Source: Pyrodictium abyssi
Lineage (GTDB): Archaea > Thermoproteota > Thermoprotei_A > Sulfolobales > Pyrodictiaceae
DNA length: 32,000 bases
Assembly (NCBI RefSeq): GCF_036323395.1
Contig: NZ_AP028907.1
Location: 1,830,001-1,862,000, forward strand
Reading direction: 5' to 3'
Part shown: in pieces, positions 15,184 to 23,677 of the stretch
How the letters are laid out: the number at the start of each line of letters is the position of its first letter
Position numbering within the stretch: the stretch's first letter is position 1
Position numbers and translations under genes: made by a program
The notes under the pieces: model-generated
What the model saw: the letters and a program-made list of their open reading frames with translations, nothing else
Databases searched by the model: none
Told to the model about the DNA's origin: nothing

Positions 15184-15954
15184 TTATGCGGCCTCCTTGC
15201 TGGCTTTCTCCATGAGAGCTGCTATTCTCTCGGAGAGGCATGGCTCGGCGTAGGGACCGGTAGCCGGGGGGCAACAGGTAGATTCTACGCGGTAGGCTAC
15301 GTGTACACAGTTGCCGCAGGGGCACTTCTCAAGACATATGAGTCTTAGTCGCGGGGACTGGCTGGTTGTAGTGAACCCTGTAGCCCCGGGATCCTCCACC
15401 ACGCTTCTTCCAGCCGCGAAGATGTATGGGGTGTATGTTACCCGTATCTCGTCTACGAGCCCGGCTCTAAGCATGTTATAGTTTAGTATCCCACCTCCCT
15501 CTATGAGTAGCCGCTTTATGCCATATTCCACGACTAGTATCTCCATGGCCTTGGCGAGGTCTACTACACCGTTCTCGCCAACTACGTGTACGTGGACTCC
15601 CCTGGCCTTTAGACGCTCAATCTTCTCGTCATCGTGCACCGCTGTAAACACTATGACGAGTGGGCCGGGTTCATTTACGAGGCGTAGTCTTTCGTGTAGC
15701 CGCAGTTTACCATCTACTACTACACGGTAGTACTTACTACTGCTAGGGTTCAGTCTTCTCCGGAGCGAGGGGTTATCTATCAGGACCGTGGAGGCGCCGA
15801 CCATTACTGCTTCAGCGGCACCTCTTAGCAGTCTGAGCCTTGCGAGGTCATAGCTGCAGCTCAGCATGCTGTACCGAGTAGAGGACGCTATTCTCCCATC
15901 AAGTGTAGCTGTGGAGAATATTATTGTGTATGGCCGCGCCGCTGGCCTTGTCAA
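15184..15954 (-). CDS. arfC: 2,5-diamino-6-ribosylamino-4(3H)-pyrimidinone 5'-phosphate reductase (RibD C-terminal-type domain only), Cys-rich C-terminus
   Basis: 256 aa. PYTIIFSTATLDGRIAS...VMVGASTVLIDNPSL...LLIEGGGILN is the RibD_C reductase pattern. There is no cytidine-deaminase-like domain. TTG start overlaps the Pop5 stop (TTGA). Confidence 0.88.
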   Translation of the reverse strand: MTRPAARPYTIIFSTATLDGRIASSTRYSMLSCSYDLARLRLLRGAAEAVMVGASTVLIDNPSLRRRLNPSSSKYYRVVVDGKLRLHERLRLVNEPGPLVIVFTAVHDDEKIERLKARGVHVHVVGENGVVDLAKAMEILVVEYGIKRLLIEGGGILNYNMLRAGLVDEIRVTYTPYIFAAGRSVVEDPGATGFTTTSQSPRLRLICLEKCPCGNCVHVAYRVESTCCPPATGPYAEPCLSERIAALMEKASKEAA

Positions 15955-16502
15955 GGCAGTCTCCGCCTGGCGACGGCTAGTGCGCGTTTAGCCCTCTTTA
16001 TAGTGCCACTCGTCCGTACCGGGATTATAACAGCGCGTTTATCGCCGATACGCCTTACTAGCCCTAGGGCAGCTAGAACGAGATACTTTGTATCATGCGA
16101 GGCGCGTAGTATGCCAGCCGCTCTCTCCGGGTCATAGTACACTAGCTGTAGACGGGCTAGCGCTACCGTTAGTTGCCCAGCTAGCCTCTCAGTGGCCCGT
16201 ATTATTGCACGTTCTACCTCCTGCGGCGAGGGTGGTTGTTCTCCCTCGTAGACTACTATGAAGGCTATGTAGCGGCGCCGTCTACGTCTACGCAGCTTCT
16301 CTAGGAACTCTTCCGCATCAATGCTCTGGAGCGCGTAACCTGCCGCCTTTAGGACTCTACCCATTTCCCCGGCTAGGCTGTTTAGCCGCTTCTCTAGACT
16401 CTCTATGCGCCTCTCAAGCATTCTTCTGTTGTAGATGTCCCAAGCCATGTAGCCAGCGAGGCCGGCGGCTAGCGCTGCTAGTACAGCTGTCTCCAGCTGC
16501 AA
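15951..16502 (-). CDS. rnp2: RNase P protein component 2 (Pop5/Rpp14) with ~70-aa N-terminal hydrophobic + coiled-coil extension
   Basis: The C-terminal ~110 aa (RYIAFIVVYEGE...AIIRATERLAGQLTVALARLQLVYYDPERAAGILRASHDTKYLVLAALGLV...IIPVRTSGTIKRAKR) fit Pop5. TTG start lies 2 nt after the Rpp30 stop. The N-terminus LETAVLAALAAGLAGYMAW is followed by heptad-like RRMLERRIESLEKRLNSLAGEM. Confidence 0.8.
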   Translation of the reverse strand: MQLETAVLAALAAGLAGYMAWDIYNRRMLERRIESLEKRLNSLAGEMGRVLKAAGYALQSIDAEEFLEKLRRRRRRRYIAFIVVYEGEQPPSPQEVERAIIRATERLAGQLTVALARLQLVYYDPERAAGILRASHDTKYLVLAALGLVRRIGDKRAVIIPVRTSGTIKRAKRALAVARRRLP

Positions 16503-16504
16503 TT

Positions 16505-17173
16505 CTAGTCCGCCTCCCCGTTCTGGCTATGGTATCGTGCCTTGGTATTAACTATGGCAGCTGGGTAGCCCGTTATAGCGAGTTTCGCGATGGTCTCAGG
16601 GAGCCCGAAAGCCACCAACATAGCCTGTACTGTCCGGGGGTGCCACATCTCCCACCTGGTTCTAGCACCGCTAGTCACGACTAGCGGGGCCTCGTACGCC
16701 GCTGCCCGCCTCGCAATTATCATTGTGCCGCGGAGGCTGGAGCGGGGGTCGCCGCCGTAGAGCAGTGGCAGGAAGCGTATCTCGACTGCTGCTCCGCCCT
16801 CTCGTAGCATTGCTGTCTGGCTCTTATCCATGTACCTGGCCATGCCGGGTGGTAGCACTATTAGCCCGACGCGGGGGTCTCTTGCAGCTAGCCTAGCAGC
16901 CTCAGCAGACTTAGGCTTTACAGCTACTAGGTCAAAGCTTAGGGCTACTCGCTTCAGTATGTTGACAGTCTTACCCCAGGACTCGGCCTCTATGGTTACA
17001 CGTGTTAGAGCCTCAATACCCTCTTCTGTGAACACTCTTGCGTATTCGCGTGCGCGCTGTGGGTCACTATTCTCTACTGCTACGAGCCTATACCCCATTA
17101 TCTTTGCGAGCGAGGCCATCTCCATAGCGTCTCGGAGGCTACGTGGCTCAAGTGCTAGGTCAATGAACTTCAA
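16505..17173 (-). CDS. rnp3: RNase P protein component 3 (Rpp30)
   Basis: 222 aa with an Rpp30/PHP-like TIM-barrel pattern (MKFIDLAL...GYRLVAVEN...FDLVAVKP...VEIRFLPLL...APLVVTSGA). TTG start overlaps the upstream stop (TTGA). Confidence 0.85.
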   Translation of the reverse strand: MKFIDLALEPRSLRDAMEMASLAKIMGYRLVAVENSDPQRAREYARVFTEEGIEALTRVTIEAESWGKTVNILKRVALSFDLVAVKPKSAEAARLAARDPRVGLIVLPPGMARYMDKSQTAMLREGGAAVEIRFLPLLYGGDPRSSLRGTMIIARRAAAYEAPLVVTSGARTRWEMWHPRTVQAMLVAFGLPETIAKLAITGYPAAIVNTKARYHSQNGEAD

Positions 17174-17625
17174 GACACGAGCCCCAATTCCTTGAGAACC
17201 TTTATGGCTTTTTCGAGGCGCGGAGTCCCCCTAAGGTTGATCATTACATGGATAACGTCGTCTCCATCGTAGAACCTTAGTTCGCCTAGGAAGGCGTCCT
17301 GCTTGCTGAACCTTAGGTAGAACCTGCCCTGTTTTGCATCGTACCGGTTTTCAAGCATCATAGCAATGATCTTCTTGCTCTCCTTGTCAAGCTTCTCTGC
17401 AAGCCCACGTACAAACTCCTCTGCAGCTCCGCCTTCGAGCCTGACCATTATCCTCGTTATCGGGTTATTGTAGTGCCCCTCTAGAGTGTGGATTGTGAAC
17501 TCCACCTTGCTGTGAAGCGCCTCTGGTATGATGTTGAGTATTGCTTGCTTAACTCTGTCCACATCCTCGGTGGCGTGTGCATGAGCAGCTATCTCTACCC
17601 TTATGACCTTGCTAGGCATAGGCAT
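17170..17625 (-). CDS. DUF54/COG1325 RNA-binding protein (predicted exosome-associated subunit)
   Basis: 151 aa. VEIAAHAHATEDVDRVKQAILNIIP...IHTLEGHYNNPITRIMVRLEG. It holds the conserved position directly upstream of Rpp30 in the archaeal superoperon. ATG start with GGTGAGGGGG upstream. Confidence 0.75.
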   Translation of the reverse strand: MPMPSKVIRVEIAAHAHATEDVDRVKQAILNIIPEALHSKVEFTIHTLEGHYNNPITRIMVRLEGGAAEEFVRGLAEKLDKESKKIIAMMLENRYDAKQGRFYLRFSKQDAFLGELRFYDGDDVIHVMINLRGTPRLEKAIKVLKELGLVS

Positions 17626-17927
17626 AGGTTTCTACCCCCTCACCGATATGTGGTTGCCTGGCCTAGCTGTGTTCCCCAGTGCTGCGTCCGGCCAGGCCAT
17701 CATGGGCTGCCAAGCTTTCTTCAAGCCCGCTACTCTCGGAAGAACTGTTTATCCATAAAATTCTTCAAGAAGCCTCGCCATGTTTGCAGTCAAGGGTTTC
17801 CTATATGCCCGGTGTGCACAGTACAACCTCTAAGGTGCTATGTAGAACATCTACAATTATACCGGCAGAGTATGTTGCCGGGTAGCAGGAAGAGGAAATG
17901 CCCTGTGTTGACTGCCGGTCTAACGTC

Positions 17928-17932
17928 AAAAA
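17928..17932 (-). terminator. Oligo-T (T5) terminator candidate after L15e
   Basis: Minus strand reads GCTCCTAGTTTTTGACG ~39 nt downstream of the L15e stop (17971-17973). Confidence 0.4.
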
Positions 17933-17970
17933 CTAGGAGCTAGAGAACCGTAGATAGTGTTGGGTAGGTG

Positions 17971-18651
17971 TTACTGTAGGTCGCCGTGGTGGTACTTTTC
18001 GCGTATCTCGTCTGGCGCAATGAGGCGGGCGCCGCGGTGGGCCTCGTGGCGCTTCTTGAGCTTGCGCTCCTTCTGCTTCTTCTTCCACTTGTACTTGTGC
18101 GTGCCGCGTAGGCCGCGTGTCTTCCTTAGGCCGCGCATCTTCTTGCCAGCGCTTGTTAGGCCGCGGAATACGCGGCCACGGTGCTGCTTCTCGCATATCC
18201 AGCCCAGGTCCTTGTCCCTGCACACAGCGGGGTGGCTGCGGTCTACCAGTATGACCTCGTACCACTTGTACTCGCCGTCCTCGGCCACGTAGTAGCTGTT
18301 GAGCACCTCCATGTTCGGGTACTTTCTGGCTGCACGCTCCTCAGCTATCAGCCTTGTGGATTTCGCGGGCGCGTAGCCGTAGACACCCATCCTCTTGGGG
18401 CGGCGGCCCTTGTTTGGCCTTGGCCTGTTTAGGCCACCCTTGCGTACCCGTACCCGGACTACTATGATGCCCTGCTTGGCCTTGTAACCAAGGCTGCGAG
18501 CACGGTCAATGCGCGTCGGCTTCTCGATGCGGACCACACTTGGCTGACGACGCCACTCCATTAGACGGCGCTTCCACAGCTGTACTAGCTCGGGTACCTC
18601 GTGGCGCTGCTTCCACGTCTCTCTAAGATAGTGGTATAGACCGCGTGCCAT
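17971..18651 (-). CDS. rpl15e: 50S ribosomal protein L15e
   Basis: 226 aa. [15 protein letters not shown]...[33 protein letters not shown]...GLTSAGKK. Confidence 0.96.
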   Translation of the reverse strand: MARGLYHYLRETWKQRHEVPELVQLWKRRLMEWRRQPSVVRIEKPTRIDRARSLGYKAKQGIIVVRVRVRKGGLNRPRPNKGRRPKRMGVYGYAPAKSTRLIAEERAARKYPNMEVLNSYYVAEDGEYKWYEVILVDRSHPAVCRDKDLGWICEKQHRGRVFRGLTSAGKKMRGLRKTRGLRGTHKYKWKKKQKERKLKKRHEAHRGARLIAPDEIREKYHHGDLQ

Positions 18652-18707
18652 CGCCTTCCCCTACCTACCTTATCGTGAGCCCAGGAACCGACTAGCCCTA
18701 CTCACCC

Positions 18708-18716
18708 TATTAAAAA
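18708..18716 (-). promoter_or_regulatory. TATA box candidate for rpl15e (TTTTTAATA on minus strand)
   Basis: Minus strand reads GTGTTTTTAATAGGG, 57-65 nt upstream of the L15e ATG (18651) in an otherwise GC-rich spacer. Confidence 0.4.
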
Positions 18717-18859
18717 CACTACAGCCCGGCTTACCCGCCTACGGCGGGGATGAGGACTTGCCCGCATAACGGAGCCCTACGCGTGTACCGAGGGCCGTGG
18801 CGAGGTGTGCGCCCCGGCTGACCCGCCATGCTGCTTCTGCCGCCGAGCTGCTGGCTCGT

Positions 18860-20110
18860 CTAGCTCTTCTTGGCCGCGGCAGCAACTATCTTGATGACGT
18901 CATCGTCTTCTAGCTCGTAGTCTTCTCCCACTCGTGTCTTTGTCCTAGCGTTTACCGCGTAGAGGAATGTCTTCCCGAGGTCAGTGTGCACCATGTAGGC
19001 TAGCTCGCGCGCAGTAGTCCCTCGGGGTACTAGATAGGCGTCAGGCAGAATCCTTCCGCGACCATCCGTGAACTTGTTGGCGTCCTCAACCGGGTACACC
19101 GCTATCATGTTGAGCAGCTCTAGGAACGTCTTGTTTATCGCCTCTTGTACACCGGTTGACCCCCACTTCCGGAGCACACGCTCCCTTATGTACTCGAGGG
19201 CCTGGAGCTGCTTCTTTGACAGCTTGTCCTCGTCGATTATTTCGAAGTCGCTATCACCAGGTATGTACTTTATTACTCCGGCGCGCGCTGCCCGTCGCAG
19301 CGCGAGCTCTGCAGCCGCGCTAGTGGGCACGACTATGTAGTCCTTGAGCTCCTTCTTCATGCGCTTTATGTTGTCTTCTGCCTCCGGTATATCTGCCTTG
19401 TTAGCAGCTATGAGCATTGGCTTTGAGATCCTTATTCCTTTAGCGAATCTCCGGAGGTCTTCCCGTGTCCAGGCTGTGAGCGACTTGCCTACCAGGCCAG
19501 CATACTCTAGCGCCTTTTCCACGTGGTATCTCCGGATGCTTAGGCCGCTAAGCCTCTGGGTGAGAGCCTCGACGATGTTAGCCCCGGTCGTGGAGACCTT
19601 CATGGCGAAACGGTCCCAGTCGTTGAGCAGTATCCCGTATATCCATTCTTCTAGCTCCTTTTCGAGCCAGCGAACCTCGTCCACTGGGTCATACGTTCCC
19701 GGCGGTACGGGGTTTCCTGCAGCATCGGTGGAGCCAGAGGCGTCAACCACTAGTATTATCGCGTCGGCCTGCCTTATGGCGTCGAGGAACCTGTTACCGA
19801 GGCCCTTACCCTCATGCGCGCCCGGAATTAGGCCTGGTATATCTATGAGCTTGACTGGGATGAAGCGCCAGCCGTCAGTGCAGTAGCCGGAGGCGGGGTC
19901 ACAGCGGGGAAGTCCTAGCTCTACGTGGACACAGCGCTTCCTAACGTATCCCACACCAGTGCTCGGCTCCAGCGTGACGAATGGCCTATTGCCTATCTCC
20001 ACTGTTGCGAGCGTCGCAGCTGCGAAGAATGTTGACTTCCCGACATTTGTCTTGCCTACCATGCCCGCCTGTCTTTCAGGTGGCGGCAAGGCCTCTACTA
20101 CACCCGCCAA
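18860..20110 (-). CDS. Obg-family (YchF/OLA1- or DRG-like) GTP-binding protein with C-terminal TGS-like domain
   Basis: 416 aa. P-loop GMVGKTNVGKSTFF, G3 LIDIPGLIPGAHEG, G4 IAANKADI, and C-terminal ...GEDYELEDDDVIKIV, typical of TGS. Apparent TTG start. Confidence 0.85.
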   Translation of the reverse strand: MAGVVEALPPPERQAGMVGKTNVGKSTFFAAATLATVEIGNRPFVTLEPSTGVGYVRKRCVHVELGLPRCDPASGYCTDGWRFIPVKLIDIPGLIPGAHEGKGLGNRFLDAIRQADAIILVVDASGSTDAAGNPVPPGTYDPVDEVRWLEKELEEWIYGILLNDWDRFAMKVSTTGANIVEALTQRLSGLSIRRYHVEKALEYAGLVGKSLTAWTREDLRRFAKGIRISKPMLIAANKADIPEAEDNIKRMKKELKDYIVVPTSAAAELALRRAARAGVIKYIPGDSDFEIIDEDKLSKKQLQALEYIRERVLRKWGSTGVQEAINKTFLELLNMIAVYPVEDANKFTDGRGRILPDAYLVPRGTTARELAYMVHTDLGKTFLYAVNARTKTRVGEDYELEDDDVIKIVAAAAKKS

Positions 20111-20276
20111 GGAGGGGTCTACAAACGTGAAGCTCTAAGGATATTCCGGTAGGGGCCAGTAATGGAACGAACTCGTCAATCGCCATGTATTCCTAGTCCA
20201 CCACTAGACGCCATACCCGGCGGTGAAGCCCGGTAAGGTGCACGCGGGCCGGGGAACTACCGCTATATACTCTAGT

Positions 20277-20281
20277 AAAAA
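20277..20281 (-). terminator. Oligo-T (T5) terminator candidate after ndk
   Basis: Minus strand reads GCTTTTTAC ~37 nt downstream of the ndk stop (20318-20320). Confidence 0.35.
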
Positions 20282-20317
20282 GCACGTGAAGCAGAGTACG
20301 TGATTTTGGGCTATGGG

Positions 20318-20746
20318 CTAGTAGTCTCCTACTATCTCGTTGTCGCTGAAGAATACCTTGTACTCGCGCTCAAAGGACTCCTTGCTGTCGCTTGCGTGTA
20401 TCACGTTGGCGCCTATATCTAGCGCGAAGTCACCGCGTATGGTTCCCGGCGGGGCCTTCCTGCCGTCGGTTGGCCCTATCATTAGCCTTACTACCTCTAC
20501 TGCACTGTCGCCCTCGAGTATCATGGCTACTACCGGGCCGCTAGTGATGAACTCTACTAGTTCCTCGAAGAATGGCTTGCCGCGGTGGACTTCGTAGAGT
20601 TTCTCGGCCTCCTCGCGCGTAAGCCACTTCATCTTTAGGGCCTTTATCTTGAGGCCTTTCCTCTCAAACCTGGCTATTATCTCGCCCACTAGCCCGCGCT
20701 TAACCGCGTCAGGCTTTATCATAACGAAGGTGCGCTCTACTGCCAC
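20318..20746 (-). CDS. ndk: Nucleoside diphosphate kinase
   Basis: 142 aa. [31 protein letters not shown]...GTIRGDFA...[11 protein letters not shown] start. Confidence 0.97.
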   Translation of the reverse strand: MAVERTFVMIKPDAVKRGLVGEIIARFERKGLKIKALKMKWLTREEAEKLYEVHRGKPFFEELVEFITSGPVVAMILEGDSAVEVVRLMIGPTDGRKAPPGTIRGDFALDIGANVIHASDSKESFEREYKVFFSDNEIVGDY

Positions 20747-20811
20747 GCCAGGGCCACCCCTCGCGCTTTTGCCCTCTAGGTGTGCTCCTCGCGGGTGAAC
20801 AGCTGGGAGGG

Positions 20812-20818
20812 CTATAAG
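20812..20818. promoter_or_regulatory. TATA-like element (CTATAAG) in the ndk / SagB-like divergent spacer
   Basis: The only TATA-like box in the 118-bp divergent spacer. It lies ~50 nt upstream of GTG 20865 (plus) and ~70 nt upstream of ndk GTG 20746 (minus). Confidence 0.3.
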
Positions 20819-20864
20819 AGGACACTCTTAGCAATGGTATACGGTTTCGTTCATACTCTTCCTG

Positions 20865-21713
20865 GTGGAGCGCTATACCGGGGTGCCAGCGTTGCACATT
20901 GACCACGTGTGCAGAGCCATCTGGTCATTTATAACGCGTCTCAGCGAGGGCGCACGAAGGCTGTTCCTCCGCGGCGTCGCCGAGCTAGTGAAGCGTAACG
21001 ACGTTGCAGCCCTTTACCACTATGCCACTATGATAGAGGAGCACGCCTACATGGATAGCCCAGATGTCGCCTGGCCTGGGTTCTTCAAGCAGTATGACTG
21101 CCTTGACCATGTAGAGTTGCCGAAGCCTCCCGAGCAGAGCGGTGTTGATGTTTTCTCCGCTATAAGGCTGCGTAGGAGCCGGAGAAGCTACAGCTCCGAG
21201 CCACTTGACCTGCATGAAGTCTCAGCCGTACTCTACCATGCTGCAGGCATACGTGGATGGGATGGTGATTGGCCCCTTAGGGTCTATCCTAGCGCTGGGG
21301 GCCTGCAGCCGGTAGAAGTCTACCTAGCTGCTGACCGCATAGATGGCGTTGAGCGCGGGCTTTACCACTATAATCCTCTTAACCATTCTCTATGTTTGCT
21401 TAGAAATGGGCGTTACATGGATACGCTTTCCGCCATAGCTCTAGGCCAGGACCATGTTGCCAAGGCTCCAGCTGCGCTGGTGATGACAGCCGTCTATTCT
21501 AGGACAGCTAGCAAGTATGCTGCCCGTTCCTACCGCTATGTCCACCTAGACGCTGGGACCGTTGTCCAGAACGTGTACCTGGCCGCGGAGGCAATGGGCT
21601 TGGCTACTGTGGTTGTTGGCGCCTTCTATGACGAGGAGTTGTGTAGGCTTCTAGGCATAGACTGCTACAACGAGATACCGGTAGCCATAATGCCTATCGG
21701 AAAGAGGTTATGA
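20865..21713 (+). CDS. SagB/ThcOx-type nitroreductase-fold (FMN) oxidoreductase
   Basis: 282 aa. IRLRRSRRSYSSEPLDLHEVSAVLYHAAGI...YPSAGGLQPVEVYL...YRYVHLDAGTVVQNVYLAAEAMGL. The GTG start is uncertain. Confidence 0.75.
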   Translation: MERYTGVPALHIDHVCRAIWSFITRLSEGARRLFLRGVAELVKRNDVAALYHYATMIEEHAYMDSPDVAWPGFFKQYDCLDHVELPKPPEQSGVDVFSAIRLRRSRRSYSSEPLDLHEVSAVLYHAAGIRGWDGDWPLRVYPSAGGLQPVEVYLAADRIDGVERGLYHYNPLNHSLCLLRNGRYMDTLSAIALGQDHVAKAPAALVMTAVYSRTASKYAARSYRYVHLDAGTVVQNVYLAAEAMGLATVVVGAFYDEELCRLLGIDCYNEIPVAIMPIGKRL

Positions 21714-21755
21714 AGTAGTATCCTCTCTAGAGCCCTCTGGGAGGAGGGACAAAGG

Positions 21756-22649
21756 ATGACAGGCTGCATAGCCATCCTAGGCCTGGGGCGTATGGGCTCC
21801 GCGATGGCTAGGAGGCTTGCTGCTAGAGGCTATAGCCTGGTTCTTTGGAACCGTACACCGTCAAAGGCTAGGGCTCTTGCAGAAGAGCTGGGAGCCGAAG
21901 TCGTTGCCTCGCCCCGTGAGGCGGCTGATGCATGCGAGTTCGTACACATAGTCGTATCTGATGACGAGGCCTCGCTCGAGGTACTATCTGGGGGAAACGG
22001 TGTAGCAACAAAGCCGCTGACCGGCAGGACCGTCTTCAACCATACGACTGTTACACCTAGGCATAGCATCGTGGCAGACAGTATAGTGTCGCGCGCTGGC
22101 GGCGTCTACGTGGAAGCCCCGGTTGCCGGTAACCCCCGCAACGCCCTCGAAGGTAGCCTCGTCATACTCTGCGGCTCTAGGGCTGGCGAAGATGTGTGTA
22201 GCGCTAAGCACCTACACGATTTAGGCGAGGTTGTCTACCTAGGCGAGCCCCCTAGAGCGTCTGCAGCGAAGCTGGCGTTTAACCTATCATTCCTCTCCAT
22301 AGTAGCTGGGCTGGGAGAGGCCTTCGCTCTAGCCGAGTCCTACGGGCTGAGCGCAGAGCGCTTCGCGAGAGAAGTTCTAGGCAGAACATGGCTTAAAGCG
22401 ATAGTAGAGAGGTACGGCGAGAGGCTATGGCCCCGTGGAAAGGCTAGCTTTGCTGCCGCACTTGCAGGAAAAGATGCTAGGTACGCGTTCGAAGCCCTAA
22501 CCGACGCCGGACTACCGGGCAGCGTTGCAGCCGCTGTGGCTAGCTATTACTCGCTGATGACGCTAATGGGCTACGGTGAGGAAGACTATCCCTCGCTTGC
22601 AGGATTCCTAGCCAATCTCGCGGGCAACAAGAGGAACCAGCAGAACTAG
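21756..22649 (+). CDS. NAD(P)-dependent beta-hydroxyacid dehydrogenase (3-hydroxyisobutyrate / 6-phosphogluconate dehydrogenase family)
   Basis: 297 aa. Rossmann N-terminus IAILGLGRMGSAMARRLAARGYSLVLWNRTPSKA. ATG start preceded by GGAGGAGGG. Confidence 0.85.
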   Translation: MTGCIAILGLGRMGSAMARRLAARGYSLVLWNRTPSKARALAEELGAEVVASPREAADACEFVHIVVSDDEASLEVLSGGNGVATKPLTGRTVFNHTTVTPRHSIVADSIVSRAGGVYVEAPVAGNPRNALEGSLVILCGSRAGEDVCSAKHLHDLGEVVYLGEPPRASAAKLAFNLSFLSIVAGLGEAFALAESYGLSAERFAREVLGRTWLKAIVERYGERLWPRGKASFAAALAGKDARYAFEALTDAGLPGSVAAAVASYYSLMTLMGYGEEDYPSLAGFLANLAGNKRNQQN

Positions 22650-22669
22650 GCCCTTATGGTGCCCGTTTT

Positions 22670-23551
22670 ATGGAGCTTAGAGGGCTCGCCGCTGTAATTG
22701 TAGCAGTTGCAGCATGGAGCTTAGCCCCCGCTATAGTGAGCCGCGCATCGTTGAAGGTAGAGCGGGTGAACCCTTGGGCTTTCAACGGGTGGCGGATGCT
22801 CATCGCAGCTCTAGCTACTATACCTCTTGCGTACGTCTACGAGGGCTTTCCCCTTACTACTCCTTGGCTTGATCCTGTTTTCGAACTAGGCGTGTGGCTA
22901 GGCGGGGTATTTGCCACGATCTTGGGCGATGGCCTCTTCGTCTACAGTGTTAGCCGTATAGGCGCAGGCATAACGATGCCTATATCATACTTATTCGTGA
23001 TATGGACAAGCCTCTACGACTACTTTAGAGGCATGGCCGGCGAAAACGTCCTCTTAGCAGCTGCGCTCGCACTCGCAGGTATATGGATCGTATCCACTAG
23101 CAGCGGGGGAAGACCCTCGCCGTCTCGCCGCTACCGTTTATCCGCTATAGCAGCCGCCATAGCCACATCATTCATATGGGGCGCTAGCATGTACGCCTAC
23201 CAAGCTGCACTTGAAAAGGCAGGCTATCTCAGCGTAGCTAGTGCTAGAGCTATATTCACTGTCCTAGTGCTTCTCTACCCAATACTAACGTGGCGTGACG
23301 CAAGCCGCGTGGCAGTAGAAATAGCTGCGAGCTCGCTACTAGGCTACGTCGTTGGCGCACTAGCATTTCTTGTGGCTCTCTCGCTGATGCCCGCAAGCAT
23401 TGTAGCCATAGGACTAGCACTATCGCCTATAACAACACAGCTCATTGTAGCCCCTATAGCCAAAGAGCGTATCGAGCAACGCCTACTAGTAGGCGGCGCA
23501 TTGATAACGGCGGCACTCATACTTGCAAACATCGAACATGTAGGATGGTAG
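22670..23551 (+). CDS. EamA/DMT-family membrane transporter
   Basis: 293 aa with about 10 hydrophobic segments arranged as two similar halves, typical of the drug/metabolite transporter superfamily. Confidence 0.75.
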   Translation: MELRGLAAVIVAVAAWSLAPAIVSRASLKVERVNPWAFNGWRMLIAALATIPLAYVYEGFPLTTPWLDPVFELGVWLGGVFATILGDGLFVYSVSRIGAGITMPISYLFVIWTSLYDYFRGMAGENVLLAAALALAGIWIVSTSSGGRPSPSRRYRLSAIAAAIATSFIWGASMYAYQAALEKAGYLSVASARAIFTVLVLLYPILTWRDASRVAVEIAASSLLGYVVGALAFLVALSLMPASIVAIGLALSPITTQLIVAPIAKERIEQRLLVGGALITAALILANIEHVGW

Positions 23552-23646
23552 TGCTCACTCTCTATCTCTTTAGTCTCTTTAGTTGATAGGCTGATAGAGA
23601 ACAGCTTCGGGTACTATTTCAGCTAAGCTTTCTAGATGCGTGCCGC

Positions 23647-23651
23647 AAAAA
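23647..23651 (-). terminator. Oligo-T (T5) terminator candidate after L24e
   Basis: Minus strand reads CCGTGTTTTTGCGGC ~27 nt downstream of the L24e stop (23678-23680). Confidence 0.4.
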
Positions 23652-23677
23652 CACGGCTCTGTAGAGGGGGCTTCTGG

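Noticed and set aside
15158-15325. N-terminal 56 codons of the GTP cyclohydrolase III track ORF.
   Set aside because: It overlaps the arfC C-terminus, the sequence is not GCH III-like, and ATG 15157 has a GGAGGG Shine-Dalgarno-like box and matches the family N-terminus.
20865-23551. SagB-type dehydrogenase as a marker of a thiazole/oxazole-modified peptide (TOMM/RiPP) cluster.
   Set aside because: There is no YcaO cyclodehydratase, no precursor-peptide-like small ORF and no protease nearby. The neighbours are a beta-hydroxyacid dehydrogenase and an EamA transporter. Stand-alone SagB-like nitroreductases are common in archaea.
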